Of a stretch of 64,000 bases of DNA, positions 1 to 13,611 are shown piece by piece. Under the pieces are notes generated by a model, which was not told the DNA's origin, did not search any database, and saw only the letters and a program-made list of their open reading frames with translations. The position numbers and the translations under genes are program-made. Source of the stretch: Lingula anatina (taxonomy: Eukaryota; Animalia; Brachiopoda); NCBI GenBank assembly GCA_051362555.1, contig CM120647.1:6076001-6140000 (forward strand). The letters are read 5' to 3'. Numbering within the stretch: the first letter of the stretch is position 1; every line of letters starts with the position of its first letter.

Positions 1-33
1 GATTAATCTCTAAAAATCTATCATAAGGAATAC

Positions 34-132
34 CTTGCGGCTTGAAACCTCTGGTAGCAGCAAGATGAGGTCAAGCGTAACAGCGACTGTTGCTTTGACC
101 AGACACTGACATGGGGGGCCTTTGTGGGACAT
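34..132 (-). CDS. Possible first coding exon of a divergently oriented neighbouring gene (signal-peptide-like)
   Basis: Minus strand reads tctttaaaag|aattacATG, then MSHKGPPCQCLVKATVAVTLDLILLLPEVSSRK (33 codons), ending at AAG|gtattc. Hydrophobic stretch present; no recognisable family. Confidence 0.25.
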
Positions 133-1434
133 GTAATTCTTTTAAAGACAATAATTAGGAAAATATGGAGATCCAAAATATCGCTATCAATGGTTGTCGT
201 ATGACTTAAAATAGGCAATGTATTTTTGTATGTTTCACTGGCGAATTCAATTAATGAACTGATGTCACACTGACATCGAATAGATTATCAAAAGTTATGA
301 AAACATGATTTTAATCCTTATTTTCATTTATCAGTCAGCAAAGTAGGAAAAAAACTGATAAATTATGATTTGGAAAAAATATTCCATATTAAATGTCAAG
401 TCTGTATATTTAATGACGAGGAGAAATTATTCTGATGCTGATTCACAGTGAACAGCACATACCACCATGATCGAGTCTTTCCCTCCTGCTTCATTTAGTT
501 ATCTATACTGATATCCAAAAGTTAACAACTCCTAGTTGCGTTTCAATATTAAAGAAAAAAAAAACGCCCGTGTCGCTTAAGCCGAAATTTGTACAGTGTG
601 ACTTCACTCGGAACTACTCGGGTGTCTCCACACTCGACAATGGAGCTTGTGGAATGAGCCGAGGATTGCCGATTGGTGTGACTTATCATGTCGCTACTAT
701 CTCGCCGCCTCTGTCTCGACGTGATGTAATGCAGACGAGGTGAGAGCGATTTTCAAGTGGGACGGGATAATCATATAGTAAAAAGTCAATGAGTATACAT
801 TTCGCTGACAGAAATGGACAAGGACCCCCCCCCCCTCCCCTCCATGATATTTCTTGCACATATCACGTGTTTTAAAAAGGTGAATGGGACTATATGCAAC
901 CGTCCACACATTGCCTCGGCTCCTTCTAGTTCGTGGAACGGCGGGCCTATTTTTTTCAAAAAAATAAATTGGTGTGTTACTTCATCTAAAAAGAACGCGA
1001 TAGAAACATGAAACCAGTCATAGATACGTAACAAGGCAAATAAAATCGTCTTGTTTATTGATTTAATTATATGCGTAACAACTCCGAGCTACTGGAAAAT
1101 AAATAGACCTTAAGTTGTTATCGCAAAAATACTCTCTGCCACTTTCTGCGTCACTAGATTATCAGTAAGCAAAGTAGACGGATGGTTTTGATGTTTGCAC
1201 TTTTTTATTCAAGCAACCATAAACATTGGACTTAGTGTATGCAGCCCCGTACATATAATATAAAATATCTTCGTATGTCAATTCATTTGGACGTTCTGAA
1301 ATGGTATCTTGAGTTGGAGAACTGGGTATTAATAAAGTTGTGGTATTTTTTGGACATCCCCTGCGAAAATGTGTCTCATTTAACGTTCACTTACGGTTAT
1401 TAATCTATTATTAATCTATTCTAGAACATCTGGT

Positions 1435-1479
<45 letters not shown>

Positions 1480-2420
1480 GTTCTAATGTTGTTCTGTAAT
1501 GAATGTAACAGTTCGAGAACTATTTTTGGGAAGTCCTTCAGAATATGTCCTAGAACAGATTAAGAACATTTTTTCATTAAAAGAGAAAAACATTATGCTC
1601 CAGGACAGACTGAGCACCGTAAGTGAGCGGTAAATGAGACAAACTTTCGCAGGGAATTTTAGCAAAAAATCCATAGAGTCATTACTGGTGGTATACGGTA
1701 AAACTATAACACAAACTGAAAGCTACAGGTCTGACTTCTTCAACGTCTGAAAAGAAGCTTGTTTAAACACAAAAATGTTTTATCCCACGTACACATAAGT
1801 TTACACCAGATTAGCACTGGGGTAATGTAATACGTAAGGTAAGGTAATAAGGTCAAATGTAGCAATAACATTTATAACAAAAACCACCATGAACTGCAGC
1901 GTTGTTTTAGATGTAGGAAAATTTCTCTGCTGTTCCATTTACATGTACTTTACAGTCTTTTTTTTTTAATTCATCAAAGTTTTCATCTTTTTTTTCAGAA
2001 ACAAAGAGCAGGACAAAAGAACTGTTAGGCTCGGGGAAATAGTACAAAAATGCCTTTTAAATATTCAATTTCAATTCAATTTATTTCTATACTGGTACAT
2101 AGATTATCACGACCATGTACAGTATAATATACTAACAACAATGCAATTGGTGCATTACCATTCCCTAATTTTTAATTGTTGCCAGTTTGTGAATGAGCAA
2201 ATATATATCTTTATATAATGAACAGATATAGTTAAATTACTAATATGACAGACGCCTGCTCGTCTTTCCCATATGTTTTTGTTCGTAGCGCAAGATTTGT
2301 GTTAGTTTGTACAAGTTTTTTTCCTCATTTATATATCTGTTTTTCATCAATATGAAAAAAAAGAATATGCACAAGTATCATGCGTTACATGTGTTTCATT
2401 TTTCAGTGGAAACTCGAAAT

Positions 2421-2691
2421 GAGGGCGATGCCAGGGTCAGGGGGGTCCTGACCCCCTTCGGTTTCTGAAAAATATATCACACTAATATTTCCCTCTTGAA
2501 ATTTAAATTTTGACTACCTGAATCATAGTTTTAAACCGTACCAAAGGGCACCGTTTGCCCTTCAAAGCACCAAAAAAATTTAGGGCCCTTGAGCAGGCCT
2601 CGAACCCCACGCCAAGGGGGCCATGGCCAGCTTCGCATCTGAGGCCTGTCATTCCGGATCCCCCTTTCAAATTATCCTGCATCCGCCCCTG
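2421..2691. mobile_element. Degenerate hAT-like MITE (CAGGGGCGGAT-type ends)
   Basis: Left end gagggcgatgccagg versus reverse complement of right end caggggcggatgcagg; GC-rich island in AT-rich flanks. Confidence 0.5.
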
Positions 2692-3825
2692 GGGTCGTAA
2701 GATTTTATATAAGTAGTCTTTTTCAAAACTGTATCCCTCCTGGAATTTGCCCCATTAACAGCATAATGAAGTTCCAGATGCAAATAATTACGTTTTGAAA
2801 GAATTATATTCTTGAGAATGCAATATGAAAGGACAAGCGGCTTTCGGCAAAGGGTGTCAAGGTTACCCCATCTACGTAAAGATATTCCATGATTTCGAAA
2901 CGGAGAAATCGCTAATTGAAATGTCGGGCGAAATTTCTCTGCCACTGCCAAGTCAGAATGTTCAGTTGCTCTCTCCAGGGAATTATATCGGATATTATTC
3001 CCTGCTCTCTCTCTCTAACCTGTACAGTTATTGAGGACTTCTGATTAAATTGATGTACAGTTTAAATATCCTTCCCCTGCGGAAAAAATGTGTCTGTTAC
3101 AGACTTCCCGTGTGGGACCTCGTCATATAAACCTAAGATCTAATAAACGGTATATTAGATCTTTGTATAAACTATGTGATAAAAAGGGTTATTTTAAGCG
3201 AGTTGATAGCGTTTCTTTATAATAGATGTTAAACAGTATAAACAGGTTCACACTGAGGAAAAGTGAAAAAATCAGCGCCGAGAATTAATTACAGCTTTGG
3301 AAGTAACTGGCTCGTGCTGCCCGTAATTACGTCGTGGGGTATTCAGGGCACAGACCGTGATCACAAGACACCACAAATAGATTTGTAAATTTTTAGAAAA
3401 TAGATATTTCATGTGAACGCAGCCTAACACAACCAACATACCTGTATACTTTAGGGTACTGCCTGGGTTAGACAAATATTCCTAAATTGTCGCTTTTTGT
3501 GCATGTTTTGGGCAAATGATGGTAGTCAGTGTTCACTAAATTCGATTGTTTTTTACATTTTACGGATGACGTCAAGTTGCGATTTGGGGGTAAAAGTTGC
3601 AAGATCGGTTTGTCAAATTTCTCCTTTAACTGAGCACCCAATTAAATGACACCAATGACTACTATAAAATCCTGCCAGGGATTTTTCTAAAAAGCCTTCG
3701 ATACGATTTTATCGTTAAAAAGGCAAAATAATGCCTTTGTTCAATGAATCATTGAAGTTAGTGGCTTACAACTCCATGACTAAAATATTCAAACAAAAAT
3801 GGCGGCACGGGATTGTAGCCCCTAC

Positions 3826-3889
3826 GTGTGTGTGTGTGTGTGCGTGTGTGTGTGTGTGCGTGTGTGTGTGTGTGTGTGTGCGCGTGTGC

Positions 3890-3920
<31 letters not shown>
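3826..3920. repeat. (TG)n/(CG)n alternating purine-pyrimidine microsatellite
   Basis: Direct reading of the sequence. Confidence 0.95.
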
Positions 3921-4279
3921 GAGTGTGTTGGGCTTTAACTTCACAGGTTTTATTCAAATTTATGCCACTTCATTACAGGTTTTAATTTCCTGCAATGCGC
4001 TGTTTGATATCCTACTTTGTACGACAAAGGAAGTTTTGTTCAATTAAAGAGAACTTGGCTTACTTCACTATATTAACACGCAGGTTGTACGAATTTTTCT
4101 GACCTTTCCCACAGGCATCCTAGCCGTGATTTTCTAACTAAATCAAATTTTCCTTGACTAAAAAAGAAAAAAAAAACTTTCTTCATATTCATGAGTTATT
4201 GATCGGCCCGTACATACGTAGAGTTGGTGTTTTATGCCATTTTAATTCAATAATTCCAGAATGAAATATGGACGTAACG

Positions 4280-4446
4280 CAGGCCCGTAGCCAGGGGGGT
4301 TCGGGGGGTTCGAAAGAACTGCCCCTTTTGTCAGGAAAAGGTCTATTTTTGGTAAAATTTTATCTAGGTATACATAGGTTTCATTGTTAAAGGTCCACTT
4401 TTTCAGAAAAAGAACCCCCCTTTTGAATTTGCTGGCTACGGGCCTG
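4280..4446. mobile_element. hAT-like MITE
   Basis: TIR caggcccgtagccag / ctggctacgggcctg; taacg repeated on both flanks. Confidence 0.8.
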
Positions 4447-5548
4447 TAACGTTCTTTAATTCATTTTGGTGGGTTTATCGTTTTGGGAGTCTGGATTGGG
4501 AAGGATATGTAACTTCGCAGGCAATGTAGACATAGAAAATACGTTTTATAGGTCGCGTTTTCTCCACTGGCGAATTCGATGTTTTGATAAAAGGGGTTGG
4601 TGCTTGGGGGGGGGGGGGGGGGGGGGGGGGGGCGGGGCAATCGAGCTACATCTAGTTTAATACTACTGGTGAGGCACTGTAACGGAAAATTGCTTGATTT
4701 TTTTTCTCATTTCAACTTATTTATTTTTCTATTTTTTTTTTTCTTTTCTTTCTTTCTTTATTTATTTAGAAGGGGCATCTCCGAAGCAGGGGGAAGGGGG
4801 CACTTTGTACTAACCCATCCCGGATATGAATTGCCTCAAGATGAGATAATTGTCTCCCAAAAAAGGGTTCTCTTGAAATAAATTGAGAAAATTTCCGAAT
4901 AGTTTAAGATAAACATTTAATCTGATAGCGTAACAAAAAGTCACAGGGAACACTTTGCATGATTTGAATGAGTACTCGGTATCTGCATTTATCGCTCGGG
5001 TGACAATGCATTATCTCTCACTTAATCTTAAATGCTGATAAACAACTACTCGTAGCTGCTAATTAAAATGTTAGATATCTTGGTTAACACATGTTATCAT
5101 GCTGATCAAGGGAAACTTGGGTGACCGAGAAGCTGGGCAAGAATTCAAATTTAAGTAATTAGATACAGGAACAAATTTTCACATGTAAATGAGAGAGCCA
5201 TAGAGTCGTATTATGCAACCCAACACTCTTTGTAGGCGCTGTTAGGAGCTAGAGCTTCATATTGCTACAGCAACCCGTTTTGCAAGCAAGGAAAAACGTA
5301 CTACGTGAAAACGCATTTTGCATCCCCAACACATTTTGCCACCAGTTTTTAATTTATTCGAAGTCACTGACACTGTATGTAGAAACTGTAGTGTACAGAT
5401 CCAAGGACGTATACTGAGATGAATATTATACATAAGTGGTAGGGCCTACATGTATTAATGTATGTTAGGTTACCGTACGCCGAACTACTGCTTTTACCTT
5501 TAGATGAAATATTTAATGTCACGCTTATCAGATATAATCATCCCGACA

Positions 5549-5550
<2 letters not shown>

Positions 5551-5615
<65 letters not shown>

Positions 5616-5644
5616 GTGATTAAATAGTTGAATAAATTATTTAA

Positions 5645-5715
<71 letters not shown>

Positions 5716-5716
5716 A
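5551..5716. repeat. (AAT)n followed by (AAAT)n microsatellites
   Basis: Direct reading of the sequence. Confidence 0.95.
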
Positions 5717-6338
5717 TGGAGTCGAGACAGGCTGTCATGCGGTAAAGGCTGGCCGTCGTTTTCTCGGGTTCAAAGTTTTTATATATTTTTATAACTAGCA
5801 CCAAAGGTCTCTTTCATACATGTTTATACCTGTACATGCATATAATGACGCTTAACTCCGAGTTGGTCTTTATTTTTTAATCAGTAAATGGGAAATCTGC
5901 CAAAGACCCGGTGAAAGGGGCACTTGTGTACGTGAAATGACTAAGTCGATGGTTGGTGAATTATTTCACTATCTTACTTTTTATATCGCATGTGCTTTTA
6001 TATTTATATATCATGTACAGCATATACTTATGGTGTAGAAATTGCAAGGGTCCCTCTAATACTAACTAAGCCTGGCAGTCCAACATTTTAATTAAAATTG
6101 GCTATAAACTAAAGGTAGTGCAAAATCTCAATGTTTGTTCATATTTATCATTTTCAAGTTAAATTTTGCTATATGTTTATTTTTTTTTAAATTATTCAAA
6201 ATGTTAAACGTTGTGCGTTACAAATACAATAAAAGTAATTAATCTGAAAATTTTGTGTAGAAAGGCGATGATTTCATTAATGAACACCAGAGCGCAGCAC
6301 CAAACATACAGTAAGAGAAAGGCATCCTGGGAACTCGA

Positions 6339-6346
6339 TGACGTCA
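6339..6346. promoter_or_regulatory. Palindromic CRE (TGACGTCA) in the probable scrib promoter
   Basis: Perfect TGACGTCA about 150 bp upstream of the ATG, at the start of a CpG-richer zone (about 6300-7200). A YY1-like aatatggcggcc lies near 7003. Confidence 0.55.
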
Positions 6347-6476
6347 CGGGCACTAGCTCTTGTGTTCAAACTCAATGGCCGAAGATTTCTGATTCATTGG
6401 ATTATATTGGTTTTATCGCTCTCATGACAACGCCGGGATCTTTTTAATTGTGATTGCAGGACAGCAGAGATATTGA

Positions 6477-6985
<509 letters not shown>

Positions 6986-9900
6986 TGACTTCCTGTCAAT
7001 TTCAATATGGCGGCCACCTTTTGCCCCAAAATTAGGTCATGGAATGGGCGTGAATCTTCCCCGTTTAGAGCTTATGACATTTGAGTCAGGGGCGTCTGTT
7101 TTCGAGTATCAAGTCTTTATTTCCATCAGTACTAATCGCTGAGTATAAAACCGATCGATAGTGGTGTTATTATAAAGATATCTTGCTGGTATGCTTCCCG
7201 TCAATACACGCCGTGTGAGTGGTTGGCACAGGTTTCTCAGTCTGCTGCCTAAATATTATAGTTTTATATATGTGTTGCCCTAAATGAATTAAATAGAGTC
7301 AGATCTGATTCTGTAAGACCCAGAGGAAAAAATGGTGATTATGTATGAATAGTAAAGTCAGCATTTGATCATCAATGTTGATGAAAATGAAAAGTGAAAT
7401 TTACACAAAGCACAGAGCTGTGCAGCCTGATGTAAACAAGTCGAGTTTAGGTGCTTTTGTTAAAGAGTATGGACGTCTTAAATTCATATTATTGGGCTAG
7501 AAATTCCATTGTATTTTTACCAATATAACTACCCAAAAAATAAAAGTCATATTCAGAAGGAAGGGTGCATACAGCAGTAAACATGTATAAAGCTTGGGTT
7601 CTTTGTTGAGAACAAGGTCCACGTGGAGACTGGAGGTGTGTGTATCTGGAGGAGGGATGGGAGGTTAGGAAGACAATTGTCTTCTCACAAATAGAAGTAA
7701 AAGTATGTAAATTATACCAAACAAGTTCATGCACTAGAATTGAGACCCCAGGCTAAAAATGAAATGTTATGATCAGGGACAAAATTTTGTCTTTTTATAC
7801 TCGGTATAATTATAGTAGCCTATTAATGTATGTGAAATACATTGGAGCCTGTCAGTCTCAGAAGCTCTTACTAGACAGAAAACACAAAACTGGGCTTTGC
7901 ATCTAGTCTGCTAACTATCCAAATTTAGCAGTCTAAGCTTTGTAGCCCTTGAACTTACCCTTTTTGTGAATCAGGCCCCAGAGACTAAATTGTGGCTCTG
8001 GTTTAATGGGATGTTGATGGCACAGACAGAATAATCTGCAGGTACACCCGACACTGCCTGCAGGCATATTGCATAGACATCAGCATGTGCACGTTGTATC
8101 TCTCAGCATGTTGTCTTGTTATAATACACGTACATACATATTGCGTGCATATTAATACTGAGGCAGCGGCATTTGTCACAGTGTTGTGGCTGTCAGGGCA
8201 AGATTGTTGAGGATGGCTACAGGAGGCATAAATCCATACCATTGCTTTGTAGCTGTAGTTATTATAATGCTCTTTGATGTTTTAATAATGATATTAAGTT
8301 TTTATGTTGCTCATTTCATTATTTGAAATTCAGACTTGGGTGTAATGCTGTAAAGTGATCATCATGGCACATTGTGTGAAAGATTTTCAATACAAAATTT
8401 GCTCTTGTATGAAAACATCTCATTTCTGACAGGACATTTTTTTTTGTGCAAAGGAAAGAATTGATGATACAGTTTTAAGAGAAATTAGAATATGTTTAGC
8501 CTTAGGCTTCCCAAGGTGGATTCCTGATCCACAGTTTTTCAAGTTAAAGGAGACATCTTTACTAGCATTAATGCTTGCTTCTAGTAGATAGCTTTTCAGA
8601 CACAATCAGCGGTTAAGAAAGAAGAGAACCGAACGTGTAAAACGTGTGTTGCATGTATCCCAGAGGCTGGTTCATTATCTAACGCCCATGTTCATTTCGC
8701 CTGATTGCTCACGCCCTCACGCACCCAGATGTAAAATGTCAAGGAAAAAGTAGCGAGATTCAAAATACCTAAAGGTTGTCTATTGTGCTCTGGTTGTGTT
8801 CTCGTGCTCTGGAATGAAATTTTTCCTGGCTATACAGGTGGATAACTTGAGCTAAATTGGTGAAGGACACTGGGGGGGGGGGGGGGATCTGAGCCTGTCT
8901 AGATCATCTCAAATGGATGTATCTGACCCATTAATCTTCATAACAATCAAATTGTGATACTAGCAACAATTAAGGCAAATTATGTATTAAGTTTTTTTTT
9001 TTTTTTTTTTTTTAGCATTGATTCTGTGATTATTAACTAATTAATGTCCTATGGGAGGGAACAGTTTGTCGTGCTGGCTGATCTAAATGTCATTTTTCAT
9101 CAAGTCAATTGGTAGCCGAGCCGAGCTGGATCATATGGAATTGCAATTAAGCTCTGCTTAGTCACATGTGACAGTTAGGTTTAATGCCAAATTCTGACCT
9201 AAATTATTGAAGAATGGGCTAATTTCATCCATTTGTTGATTAAATCTAAGCAATGCCTGAGAAAACCAACACTTTACTTTAGCTAAACAATGCTGTAGGA
9301 AATGTATTGGTTTCTACTGTTTTGATTGAGACGATTCTGTGTCGTATTTTTCTGGGTAGGGTCTGCATGCCTACTGGTTAACTGACTGTTAAAAAAAATG
9401 TTGACTCACATCAGCATTTTAAACCCCAAAGCTTGATGCTGTAAGATTTTTATTTGGTTGCAAAATGTTAGTTGCTTACTTTTTGTCCAGTTATTACTTC
9501 ATTTGTTTCCAAATGCTGATTTGTCTAGAATTATTTATTAAATTATTAAATATTTATTAAATTTATTAATAAAAATACTACTGATCAAGTTGCACAAGGC
9601 CATGATAGGAAATGATGTAGCTTGGCATAACTATTATTAGACATGGATGAAATTTTCATTATTTATCACTCACAATAAATAATGCACTTACATTTCCTGC
9701 ACTGAACATGATCTAAATACACTCGATGCAGTTATATGACAATTTATTCCACCAGTCATTTCCCTTAATTCTACATAAGTCATAACTACAAACAGCCTTT
9801 CTGAATAGAATTTTTTATGCCAGCCAGGTCAATTTTTGCATTGTATCATTGATGAAATTGATTAAAAACAGTCCTGCATTTTCCTTCATTTTAAATGTGT

Positions 9901-12260
9901 ACATGATTTGGATAAAATTAAGTATGTCATGCAGTGAGTAGACAAGTAATGGTTTGAAAACGAGTCTTATAGATGGGCAATGAACAATTTTAATGCCACA
10001 GATGATTAAAAAAGACATTTTTGCAGTTGTCTACAGTTTTTTTAAGTGCATTCATAGAGTGATGTGCTTATTATTGATTTTGTATAGAAGAAAGAGGGCA
10101 GATGATCCTAAGGGGAGATTAGCCTTAGCAGATTGTTCTAAATAGCCTGTGCAAAATAAATAAAGAGAAAAAATGTTACTGATAACAGAGTATTTTCTTA
10201 CAAATTTGATCTTGTTATTGATTTGTATAAAACAAGGAATGGATACAGGGAGGTCAGATTATTGAATATGTATAAAATGGGGAACGGAGAAGAACAAGGT
10301 CAGATAAATAAACTGAGTGACCCTATTACTTGTAAAATAACCTGGATCTTGGTATGCTTGGTATGTTAATACCATAGATTTAGTAATAAAGTTTGCTATG
10401 ATAAGGGTCTGATGTAGAGAGGGGGGGGGGGGGAGGAGGTGATGGTTTATTTATCTGCTACAGAGACTGCTAGTTATGACTCAATATAGCTTGATGTAGG
10501 GAAACCTTCATTTTCTTTTCTTTTTAAATAATTCAGGAAGAGATAGAGGAAGTTTTACAAGTGCTCGGGTTTCAACTTTGGAGGAGTTGGGGTTTGGATG
10601 GGGGCATGTTAAATGAAGTGTATTTATTTACCTGAAGTCATCTAAGTTTCATTTTCCTGTGCAAATAGTTTGTGAAGAGAAGGACAAAAGCTTTTTCAAA
10701 GAAGAGTGGTATAATGAGATTGGCCCCTTTATCATGACTCCTGGTATTACGAAAACAAACATACCCGCGAGTTGAATGAGTAGATGATCTAAGATTATTT
10801 GGGATTATGGAATGAAACAAAATGCTAGGATTACTCATAAAAGTCCTTGGACTCCATTCCAATGTGGTCCTACTACTGGTAAAATATTATGTACAATGTT
10901 AAGCAGACTGTGAAGTTATTGTATAATAAATCTGATAAAACTTTGCTATGAAAACTCATCAGACTAGTGCTGTGACCATATTCTGGGCAATATTCATACT
11001 AGTTCATGTAAAAAATATGGCATTCTGATTAAATTGATTCACTCACTCACAATCAAATTACTGAGATGATATATATTTGCTATAGAACTGTACAAATATT
11101 CTTTCTGGATTTGACATTCAATTGCTTTGACTCTCTTGGTATGCTGGTATGAAAAAAAAAAACCCAAGACATTTGTAAGAATTTGTGTTATGAATATCAC
11201 TTTCTTTTGGGATTATTTTTATCTGACATCTGAATGCAAAGGAACAGCTATGGAGTTATAAAAAATTTAGACTACAAGATTTCTGAAAGTTTTCGGTGCC
11301 AGCCAGCAGTAGTTTTCACTGTAGAACTCTGCCATTTGCAAAATATATTTTTTATGCCAACTGCAAAAGATAATTTATTATGATAAAAAAGCATTTGGTC
11401 ATTTTCATTTAACCAGCTAATCACTGAAGGCTTCAAGTGTACTGGCCTCTTCAAGTTTGTCTTGAAAAATAATAATCAGTTTAACAGTCGGTTTGTAATC
11501 GTTGCTAGTCCTGTAGGAATTCGCAACTCCCTTCCCATGTGATACTCCCATACCAATGTAGCAGACATTTTCCACCAATCCTACTAGCAAAAATTCCTAA
11601 AACATTTGTTCCTAATACATTTGCAGGACTTAAGTTGTTTTACATGACGTGACCTTTTTGTAACTTATGGTAAATACTCATTGAGTTCGAAGGAAACATA
11701 AAATAAATAAAAAAATGATATTTCACAAAATAGTGTTCTGTTAGATATATATTCTTTAAAATGTTTCTTCTGGAGTTCTGATGCATTGGCTATGGTAACG
11801 AGAAATTGAAAATGATAAAATTGAAAGATAGTTGTCAGAACGCACAGTTATCCTGTCAAAGACTTATAAACCAGGCCTTTGAACCATCAGTTATGTGAAG
11901 ATTTTCCAGACCAAAGAATTTATTTACCAGACTCAGAGTATAAGTAAATTCAAAATGGCAGCTCTCAAAATTGTTGCCAGTATCTTAGACCAACTAAGTA
12001 CTAGTAAACACAATATTCTACGTGGCCTTGAAAATTTTATCAATCAGACCAGTTGACCAATAAGACTGACCATTTCAGCATGTCTGAATGCAGTACCAGT
12101 AAGAGATGTATGTTTGAAAATTTTCAGTAATTACCATTCCCCTCTCCACCCTGCCCTCAGAATATTTCAGGCCTGATTCATACTTAGGGAATGCTGTAGT
12201 ATTGTTTATGTGATGACGTAATTTACTAGGCCAGCTGATATAAGACTTGAAATGCCATTT

Positions 12261-12432
12261 AGGCTGTGTTCAGATTAAAAGTTTTACTCCAGCAGGATCG
12301 ATCTATCTCACCAGCAATTCTCCCTGAGGGGCAGTCAGTGTAATTTGCTTAATTGTCAGGCACGCCCCCCGGCCCTTCCCAAAGCAACATGAACAACATT
12401 ACGGACCATAAAATTTAGCCGACTTTACCCAA
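12261..12432. mobile_element. Degenerate relative of the gatcgatcta MITE family
   Basis: Starts tta|ggctgtgttc and contains ggatcgatctatc and caggcacgccc, as in the other copies. Right end uncertain. Confidence 0.4.
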
Positions 12433-13364
12433 GTTATTTTGGGAATGCTGTAGCATTGTTTATATGATGATGCAACCCACTGGTTGATATAAGACTTGAA
12501 ATGTCATAAAGCTAGGACTCAAACTGACATGTGAATATCAGTTTTATGGGAAGACTGCAAATTGTATACAGAGAAGGGCGTGGTGGAAATTTAGGAGTTA
12601 GAGATCTGTTTTCAGACATTGATTTCGAGTTGATTAATGAATAAAACATCAAGTGACATGTCTAAGAATGGTAGATGAATTATTCAGGAGATCACGGTAG
12701 CAAATGATGAACTCTTTGTCTGGTTATGAATTGATTTCATAAGTGTATTTTTTCCAATATATTGTATTTATTGTTTTTCTTTGTTGGTTTCTATTTTTGT
12801 AACTTTTGATTTTCCCGCATTAATATTCCAGTTTGACTTCAGTATTTTTATTATTAGACGAGAATAAAGATTTGTGGTTATTCAGAAGACATTAAGTAAG
12901 AGGAAGACAGTAATTTTGATAAAAATAACTAAAAGTTGTGAACTTGGTATTTCAGCTTGCATGACTTGAAAGTCACAGTTTGATATATTTCCTGGTACTA
13001 GTAATTGGTAAATGAAGAATAAGTTTGTAGATGATTAAGCCTATCTTAATTCTGTTCTAATAATGCATTTTTGGGAAAAATGTTTATAACTACATGATTT
13101 TCACCAGAATTCAAGGGAAATCTGATCTAAAATATATCATCTTAAATAAGTAGTCATTTTCATTTGAAATTAACTTAGAAATAGAGGCATACATGACATT
13201 TGCTGTAATGCGTGACACATCAAGATCTACAGTCACAATAAGATCCAAAAGGAAGTCTTACTTGATCTAGAACATGTTCCTAGAAAACATGAGTCAACTC
13301 AAATGGGTAGGTGGTGGATTTTACCTGTATGCGCACACACACGCCTCTGCAGTCTAAAATTTAA

Positions 13365-13611
13365 GGGACCATTCCCACAGATATTTGGATCGATCTAACT
13401 CCCTGGGGAGTCTCACTAAATTGCTATCAAACTAACCGGCTTAAACGTCTGTAACGCCTAGTAAAGCTGTCAGGGGGTAATTATCTTTACCCCTAGCTGA
13501 TTCGGGAGGCGTGATAGACATTTAAGCCTTTTGAGCTGATAGCAATTTAGCGTGAACCCCCAGGGAGTTAGGTCGATCCAGATGGATCGATCTAAGTATG
13601 GGAACCCAGTC
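13365..13611. mobile_element. Fold-back MITE, PIF/Harbinger-like (family A)
   Basis: TAA on both flanks; degenerate TIRs gggaccattc / gaacccagtc; internal inverted symmetry gatcgatctaactccctgggg ... ccccagggagttaggtcgatc. Confidence 0.8.

Noticed and set aside
3731-4047. ORFs with CVCVCV or HTHTHT runs (also near 15489, 20980, 21842-22242, 35079-35398)
   Set aside because: Translations of dinucleotide microsatellites, with no splice or homology support.
3450-4060. Possible second promoter or Kolobok-like element (CRE and YY1-like motifs)
   Set aside because: Could not define TIRs, a TSD or an associated exon.
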